A stretch of DNA of 60,378 bases from an uncultured Planctomycetia bacterium (GTDB lineage: Bacteria > Omnitrophota > Gorgyraeia > Tantalellales > Tantalellaceae), in assembly GCA_964527555.1 (NCBI GenBank), contig CAZGOG010000007.1, forward strand, positions 1-60,378, written 5' to 3'. Each line of letters opens with the position of its first letter. Positions within the stretch are counted from its first letter, which is position 1. Below are positions 55,501 through 60,378 of the stretch, in pieces. The position numbers and the translations under genes were made by a program. The notes under the pieces were generated by a model that was not told the origin of the DNA, did not search any database, and saw only the letters and a program-made list of their open reading frames with translations.

Positions 55501-58500
55501 GGCGCCTTAAAACCGCTTCGATATTTGCAAAATTTCTCGCCGGGGGTGACATTGTTAAATACAAGGATCTTGAAGAAGATACGGGGCTGGAGGAGCGGCT
55601 TAAGATTTACAATGATGACGTTGAGATGCTTTTAGACTTTACACGACAATTGAGAGAGAAAAATATGGCGCTGCGTTATGGGGTAAAGGATAACAAGTGG
55701 AAAGAGGGTCTTGGTATTACTACTGCGAGAGCTAAAGTGGAATATTGTAAACCCAAGGAGGGTTATACTGCATCCGAAATTGAGCAAAAAGCATTATCAG
55801 CCTTAAGAAGGCGTGACTTAAGAGGCACTAATCTTAATCGATCCATAGAAAACCTTCCTGGTTCTGGTGATGTAAAGTCTTTAGCCAAGATGGTTGCGGA
55901 CGGAAAACCATTTTCTCAGGCAGATGATAAGACGATGGAAAAATGGAGCCTGTCCGACTCTACCAGTATTTATACAAATGGCTGGCATGACATATGGGCA
56001 GATGAAAGGATAATATTTACGTCCGACAAAGTGGTTTGTTATCTTACCAAAAATGACGATATCAAAATTGTTATTTGTGGAAACAAAAGCAAAAAAGATA
56101 TATCAGAGATAACCATCATGTTAAATGATGATGACAATGTTATGTCTGTGGATGAGTCTACTCCAACAAAAAATATGGCGCTTTCAAGAACGACCATGGC
56201 TATTCAATTAATGGATTCTGGTATATTCGACCTCTATCCCGAACTTGAAAAAGTTCTCGAAGAGCATTTGGTGTGGGAAAAAGTCAGCACCGAATCGCGG
56301 GAACGAGACCTTATCGATACTTCGGAAATAGATTATGAGCTCATAAGACATGCTTTAGAAAAACCGAATGATGAGTTTTTACCCGAACAGATATTAAAGC
56401 TTATAGATCTTAAATATTGCAAGTCTAGAATAGTGCGCCAGCATGCTCTTCAGGCGATAAAGAAAATATACGATTCCGGAAATCCGTTTTTTACAACAAG
56501 TGTTAAAAACGGAAAAGATGAAAGGCAAAGTGACGACGATGCCATGTTGATGATAATGCTGGAGTTTATGCTGCAGGACATAGAGGAGGATTTTAGGGTA
56601 ATAGAAAGGACAATAAGAAATAACAGGAGTTTCATTAGAGAGACATTTAAAAATATTTTTGATGAAAAAATTTCCATAAAAGATATTGAATCAGTAAAAA
56701 TCGATTATCTGCGCCGGGACGAAAATAGACAGGTTTATATTGCAACATTCATGCTGTCAGAAGAAGCCAGCCAGAAACTAAAAAAAGGAGACGACCAGAG
56801 GATATGCTGTCTGACTCTTACGAGGGATGATAATCTTAGTGAAGGGGGTCTTACCCGTGATGCACTGGGAAAAGCCACTAAGCGTGCACTGGGACTGCTG
56901 GGACGTGGACTTCGTGGCATAATACCCCAGCTAGGCGGGGTATTTGATGAGATTGGGTACAGAATCAAAATTCTTGCTGATTACCACGGCGAGAAAAAAC
57001 CACTTGAAAATAATATACATCTTGAGGCAAGTGAATTTATTGAGGGTTCTACTTTAGCCGAGGTGCTAGCGGATGAAGAAATAAGTGGCGCAGAAAAGAG
57101 AGAAGCTTTAAGGGCATGTATAAAGGCGGCAATAAAATTGTATAACGATTCTAAGAAAGAAACGAGCATTGGACACTACATAAAGCATCCTATCGAATCA
57201 GATTTCGTTTTAAGTAGAGGAGACAGAGAAAGCGAATGGACTGCAACTATCGTCAATATTAGTGAACTTGATGAATGTCATTCTCTTTCTGAACTGCAAA
57301 GATCTTTTAAAGGTTTTTCAAAATCAAAATTTTTCGATGAAAAAATGATAAAAGAGGAGATAAAGCTTGAAGGTCAGTCAGAGTTAAGCTCAAGAATAAG
57401 AGAATTCGTGAGAAAAGGTGAGATGGTAGAAATTGTTTACACCGAAGGAAAACTTCAGGCCCATAAAGTAGTAACGGCCGATAATTATGAACCGGGTAGC
57501 GATAAGCCAGAACTTACTACTCTTGAGGAGAAATGTGCTATGCCCAGGTTTTTAGACTCGGGAAGGCAAAGTACGTTAATTGATTGGATAAAAACGCATC
57601 GTATCGGCGAAAACAAAGAGTTTGTAAAGTTCAGGATCGCTTCTAACAACGTAGATCTTGGATGGCTGGATGATAATGATCATGTTAACGTGGCCTTAAG
57701 CGAATATGCTGATAAATGCATATATATAGGTGATAGTCTTCTAGAAAAACTGCTTGATAGTCCTATAGAGAGAGAATTCATACTTGACAAAGATATTTAT
57801 AAACATCTTAAAAGCCCGGCATCCAAACCGCATGGGGATGATAAAGATTACATAAGACGTCTAGGGATGGTAGCACGTATAGATAAGGAGCTTCTGCCGA
57901 GAAAAAAGCATGCCGAGAAAGATGCAAGTGAAATGGATATAAATGAAAGTGGACTTGACGAAGCTGTTAAGTATGTTGCTAAAAGTAATACTTATGTCTT
58001 TGATCTAGATTACACGTTAAACAAGGCAAGAAGTATGCCTATAACCGAGGAACTGGCAGACATGCTTTATAGCATGATAGTTAACAAAAACAAAAAGGTT
58101 CGTATTGTTTCAGGAAGATCCTTGGGGGATTTTAAAAGGCAAGGTCTTATTGAGCCACTGATAAAGAGGCTTAGAAGAAAAAATAAGGAGTTCGATTTAT
58201 GGATTTACTCCTCAGATGGTGCTGAGAGAAGTAGGGTGGAGAAAGACGGAACAATTATAACTCCGGCAGATGATGAATATAACAAAGACAACCGTTTTAC
58301 AGATTATGAAGCCAAGATTATTATGGAAGTTCTCAATGAAAGCCATGATAGGATAGATGAAGAGCAAGGCTTAAGCAGGATTGGTATAGGCAAGTTTATT
58401 GAAAATGCAGGTAATACAAAATTCGCATATTCTCCTTATGGTAAGTATGACGAATCTCAGTATGATTTCGAGACAAAAACAGAATTAGCACAAGCATATC

Positions 58501-60378
58501 ATCCTGCGAGGCTGACCCGTAAAAAATTGGGAGAAATCTTGCTTGAGAAAATAGAAAGTAAAAATATTACCGACGTAGACGTTATTATAAGCGGCAAAAC
58601 AACGATTGGATTTGTAAAACTAGGAGCCAATAAACGTGCGGCAATGGAAGAAATCATTAAAGAAGATTGTAAGGGCGAGACAGATATAGCTATATATTTT
58701 GGTGATGAAATGGGTAAGATTACAGATTCGTCCGGACATGAAAAAACCGGCAATGATTATAGAATAGCGGAAATGGCAGCTGAAGGGCATGAGAAACTGA
58801 AAGTTGTTTCCTTAAATGATATAAAGAGCCCAGCAAAAATACCGGATGGGGTATTGCAGGTAGGAAGACTTTATCTTGGTACATTGCAGGTTCTTAGGGA
58901 TGCTTACAAGCAGATGCAGAAAAATGACCCCCAGGAGATAAAGATCGTATCTGAAAAAGAAAAGTTATTCGCACTTTCCGCAGTGAAAAGCCCGCCGGAG
59001 ATAATAGAACCTCACGAAGAAGGAGTGGGGATACATGATAAATATTACAAAATAACGACAAAGGATGAAAATAGCTATATTTTTAATTATGCAAATGACT
59101 TTTATTTTCCGGCAGACAGCAGGGTGCCGGAAAGTCTTTTACCAGAAAGACTTTTAAATGTGGCACGACATGAGGTTTGGATGGTGAATAAACTGGAAGA
59201 AGAAGGTATACGTAATGATGTAACACTTGTGAAAAAAGCGAAGCCTCAAGGATGGGAGAAGGAAAAAGAGGACCAGTTTATTTATCTGGTTAAACTTACA
59301 GCAGATGGCGAGGTTCCTGTTGAAGGCGATTTTGATTTTACAGAACCTTATAGAGCCTATGTGCTATATAAATTCATAGAGCCGAATCCAGAACGGGGAA
59401 TCGCTTCTGGAAGCTTTGATAGTCTTACCCCAAAACAGTTCAGGAATATGGTCAGAATGGTAGCAAGGATACATAAGATCTTTTTAAGGGAAAAAAGCCC
59501 GTATACGAGGCCATATTACAGGATGAATATAACAGATATAGTGAACCATCAAGTGACGTTAAGGTATATTAAAGAAAAAGTTGATAAAAAACTGGAAGCG
59601 TTAAAGGAGATTAAAGAGGAGGGTGATCGGGAACGTAGTGAAGAAGATCCAGCGGGTATTACTAGTAGAGGAGAGATTTTTATAAGCGAGAATGTTGATT
59701 TTATTATCTCTCAAATGCAGGAGACAGCACGCAATTTAGATCTTCAAAAACTCAGAAAGATTGATATTCATGGGGATCCTTGCCCATCAAACTTTATTTT
59801 TGAAATGGATAACACGATAGGAATAGTCGATTGGGAACATTCGAGGAAAGAAGCAATGGTGATGGACCTGGCACATCTAATACGTGCGGGGGACCCGAAA
59901 GGCCGATTTGATATAGAAGGCATGAAAGAATTAGTTTTTACGTATAATGAAGAGAATCCTTTGACTGATGAGGAGATCAAAGCCCTGCCGGAAATATTTC
60001 GTGTCAACCTTTTGGAAAGATTGTCAAGAATTGCAACCCCAAGAAGATATTTCGAAAGCATGGGTTTTGAATTTAGCGACAAACAGGACGAAGATACATG
60101 GGCTATCGAACTTATGGATAATGACGAAGATCTTTTTAAATGGCACATAGAACTAGTGGCAGCTTTACATAATCTTCATGACATAATCTCACGTGGTGAT
60201 TTTAAGCGGGAAATAATCGATCCTCTTTTGAAATGGGATGCTAGAAATGGTGACGCTGAATACATATACAAGAAACCGAGAAGGCCCGCCAAGAAATCCC
60301 ATGTAGTAATTAAAGAATGTCTGGATGAGATAAAAAGTGAGGCGGGAAAAGCTGGTGCAGATGTTCTAGAGATAAGAG
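52572..60378 (+). CDS. Giant multidomain protein G4, 3'-partial (>=2602 aa): signal peptide, zincin, NAGPA-like domain, pseudokinase, dead zincin copy, HAD-IIB phosphatase, APH/homoserine-kinase-type-II-like kinase
   Basis: Hand translation of frame 3 from MSSYCPKLRKVFTFVIAGLFLFNSACSG to ...AGKAGADVLEIR shows no stop; it is missing from the ORF track presumably because it has no stop codon in the window. Confidence 0.93.
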   Translation, partial: MSSYCPKLRKVFTFVIAGLFLFNSACSGVNLSSNNSTLAPSPIVFQNTFIPENSTEFKESVLADIKFMTVTSFVASYFLEKAQDISAFPKAMHDKFRNTRDFLEGIDLNGIRVEEGIIYIPFGRDGRQLEAVVCSKEKFASLDLTDSIWGESDKFGILVVEKGKENPDKDIKDSTASKSNPVIQKLIKEGNMLEIAYSSDKNKLVANRIIYFEGYEAGTTVRHTQQYKGPETYKGEEVPLEEILNEGQVEILMNWIKSEKHKVMDEYVKFRIALGMPALGWETHSGGAKHINITHAGRRDKVIHIGQEFLHHILNELAPGTTEEQILEHELRHITDKDFECTQDPNYSDILQKSRGIVDTLILKGASHRTVRDFENEEGLAMGEEGRIPVGTTDLEIIELDPEEVDIELSLADDISFLPNRFNCWNGIVRDKMVARIIVPRNRFHTKPVGGITRQELVLPADDIGDSFREMRESTYTPSRNDHLDGKGLDYQDLGNDPNFIGYVGNGNLLMNPRIVGWREGEFIHLEGEPIDRPYPCLVRFKDFEDEQIKAFPEDVQKILKEGRTQIRKLRFDNDGATVVDIDVETGKETVITHILSFASSGIGIMENEQNSNILKFIIKGEESEDNELWQDYDIRHYLALPFLGGKRGAFAMDQFYPVGGRPDIDLIERAVRGEVVSLDYKDDYKDILIRTVKRMGYKEIFEGTKDEDYGTFDFSLDGKNKKIKFRLQPALYPNNICVQTTDNKIVFVIAQGFSSSKGIAFIDIPRMLKEIGIKAKNVIVFDNGGDAMLNFRGVSVAPSFNNRDRIMNMFVFKKRFGKKDRGMGKAKDELEAGKRRVKFLRSLHRYVLDKKREDPQVSFSLIERFIYENGHFIADQIEKALDVMESYIKEEAYGGNKPNEESRVKEREVRRRVNNMVRAINFGVDNFSGVQSQNIEGLFEDAFDLDEFFVEVVRTMENIGSSDFSDKEIEVLKEIWRLKTASIFAKFLAGGDIVKYKDLEEDTGLEERLKIYNDDVEMLLDFTRQLREKNMALRYGVKDNKWKEGLGITTARAKVEYCKPKEGYTASEIEQKALSALRRRDLRGTNLNRSIENLPGSGDVKSLAKMVADGKPFSQADDKTMEKWSLSDSTSIYTNGWHDIWADERIIFTSDKVVCYLTKNDDIKIVICGNKSKKDISEITIMLNDDDNVMSVDESTPTKNMALSRTTMAIQLMDSGIFDLYPELEKVLEEHLVWEKVSTESRERDLIDTSEIDYELIRHALEKPNDEFLPEQILKLIDLKYCKSRIVRQHALQAIKKIYDSGNPFFTTSVKNGKDERQSDDDAMLMIMLEFMLQDIEEDFRVIERTIRNNRSFIRETFKNIFDEKISIKDIESVKIDYLRRDENRQVYIATFMLSEEASQKLKKGDDQRICCLTLTRDDNLSEGGLTRDALGKATKRALGLLGRGLRGIIPQLGGVFDEIGYRIKILADYHGEKKPLENNIHLEASEFIEGSTLAEVLADEEISGAEKREALRACIKAAIKLYNDSKKETSIGHYIKHPIESDFVLSRGDRESEWTATIVNISELDECHSLSELQRSFKGFSKSKFFDEKMIKEEIKLEGQSELSSRIREFVRKGEMVEIVYTEGKLQAHKVVTADNYEPGSDKPELTTLEEKCAMPRFLDSGRQSTLIDWIKTHRIGENKEFVKFRIASNNVDLGWLDDNDHVNVALSEYADKCIYIGDSLLEKLLDSPIEREFILDKDIYKHLKSPASKPHGDDKDYIRRLGMVARIDKELLPRKKHAEKDASEMDINESGLDEAVKYVAKSNTYVFDLDYTLNKARSMPITEELADMLYSMIVNKNKKVRIVSGRSLGDFKRQGLIEPLIKRLRRKNKEFDLWIYSSDGAERSRVEKDGTIITPADDEYNKDNRFTDYEAKIIMEVLNESHDRIDEEQGLSRIGIGKFIENAGNTKFAYSPYGKYDESQYDFETKTELAQAYHPARLTRKKLGEILLEKIESKNITDVDVIISGKTTIGFVKLGANKRAAMEEIIKEDCKGETDIAIYFGDEMGKITDSSGHEKTGNDYRIAEMAAEGHEKLKVVSLNDIKSPAKIPDGVLQVGRLYLGTLQVLRDAYKQMQKNDPQEIKIVSEKEKLFALSAVKSPPEIIEPHEEGVGIHDKYYKITTKDENSYIFNYANDFYFPADSRVPESLLPERLLNVARHEVWMVNKLEEEGIRNDVTLVKKAKPQGWEKEKEDQFIYLVKLTADGEVPVEGDFDFTEPYRAYVLYKFIEPNPERGIASGSFDSLTPKQFRNMVRMVARIHKIFLREKSPYTRPYYRMNITDIVNHQVTLRYIKEKVDKKLEALKEIKEEGDRERSEEDPAGITSRGEIFISENVDFIISQMQETARNLDLQKLRKIDIHGDPCPSNFIFEMDNTIGIVDWEHSRKEAMVMDLAHLIRAGDPKGRFDIEGMKELVFTYNEENPLTDEEIKALPEIFRVNLLERLSRIATPRRYFESMGFEFSDKQDEDTWAIELMDNDEDLFKWHIELVAALHNLHDIISRGDFKREIIDPLLKWDARNGDAEYIYKKPRRPAKKSHVVIKECLDEIKSEAGKAGADVLEIR
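54060..55020 (+). other. NAGPA-like domain of G4, homologous to G1 2570-3535
   Basis: GNGNLLMNPRIVGWREGEFIHLEGE, YDIRHYLALPFLGG, YPNNICVQTTDN (54768), VFDNGGDAML (54918), RDRIMNM. Confidence 0.6.
57990..58830 (+). other. HAD class IIB (phosphomannomutase-like) phosphatase domain
   Basis: FDLDYTL (58002), IVSGRS, GANK, YFGDE...GNDY. Confidence 0.85.
58990..60050 (+). other. APH/choline kinase/homoserine kinase type II-like phosphotransferase domain
   Basis: HEV.MVNKL, YKFIE, VARIH, IHGDPCPSNFIF (59769), IVDWEHS...DLA, YNEENPLTDEE. Confidence 0.85.

Noticed and set aside
58518-58560. MshEN-like KKLGEILLE in G4
   Set aside because: The second half (G.I....L..AL) is missing, and the string sits inside the HAD cap domain.
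363-60150. The many 60-260 aa ORFs on the minus strand and in alternate plus frames listed in the track
   Set aside because: All lie inside the giant ORFs. Most read as antisense shadows (S/F/I/L-rich mirrors of Glu/Lys-rich codons), and none shows a recognisable motif or RBS.
1-60378. CRISPR arrays, tRNA/rRNA, transposase, RTX nonapeptides, autotransporter barrel
   Set aside because: None seen: the intergenic space totals about 1 kb with no regularly spaced repeats or cloverleafs, there are no GGxGxDxxx runs, and no protein ends in an aromatic beta-signal.

Overview
About 98% of this 60.4 kb window is coding and belongs to four same-strand giant genes in tandem: G1 (<1-6195, 5'-truncated, >=2064 aa), G2 (6555-30092, 7845 aa), G3 (30374-52207, 7277 aa) and G4 (52572->60378, >=2602 aa). 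G4 is 3'-truncated and absent from the supplied ORF track; I translated it by hand and found no stop. Three short AT-rich spacers each hold a sigma70-type promoter with an extended -10, plus hairpins; one hairpin set resembles an IS200/IS605 end remnant. I found no rRNA, tRNA, CRISPR array or transposase. G2 and G3 share a conserved N-terminal region (signal-like segment plus an EreA/ChaN/Tiki-like domain). G1, G2 and G3 share a C-terminal region ending in the same ...Y..(E/Q)(I/V)L(V/I)(R/K)A-stop motif. The middles are unrelated strings of enzyme-like modules separated by transmembrane hairpins. These include processive GT2 domains, a NAGPA-like domain, HD domains, many HExxH zincins, a PPP phosphatase, PTS Enzyme I plus HPr, several kinase folds, an ART-like domain, a PD-(D/E)xK nuclease, a CPBP-like intramembrane protease, a probably inactive class II aldolase, a HAD-IIB phosphatase and an APH-type kinase. 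G2 carries twin-arginine (Tat) signal-like motifs deep inside the chain. The architecture resembles the giant genes described for Omnitrophota (OP3); this is an inference from recalled literature and cannot be verified here. My leading hypothesis is a constant-ends/variable-cargo multi-enzyme polyprotein system that may be processed at the membrane. All domain calls come from motif reading by eye; no database search was run.
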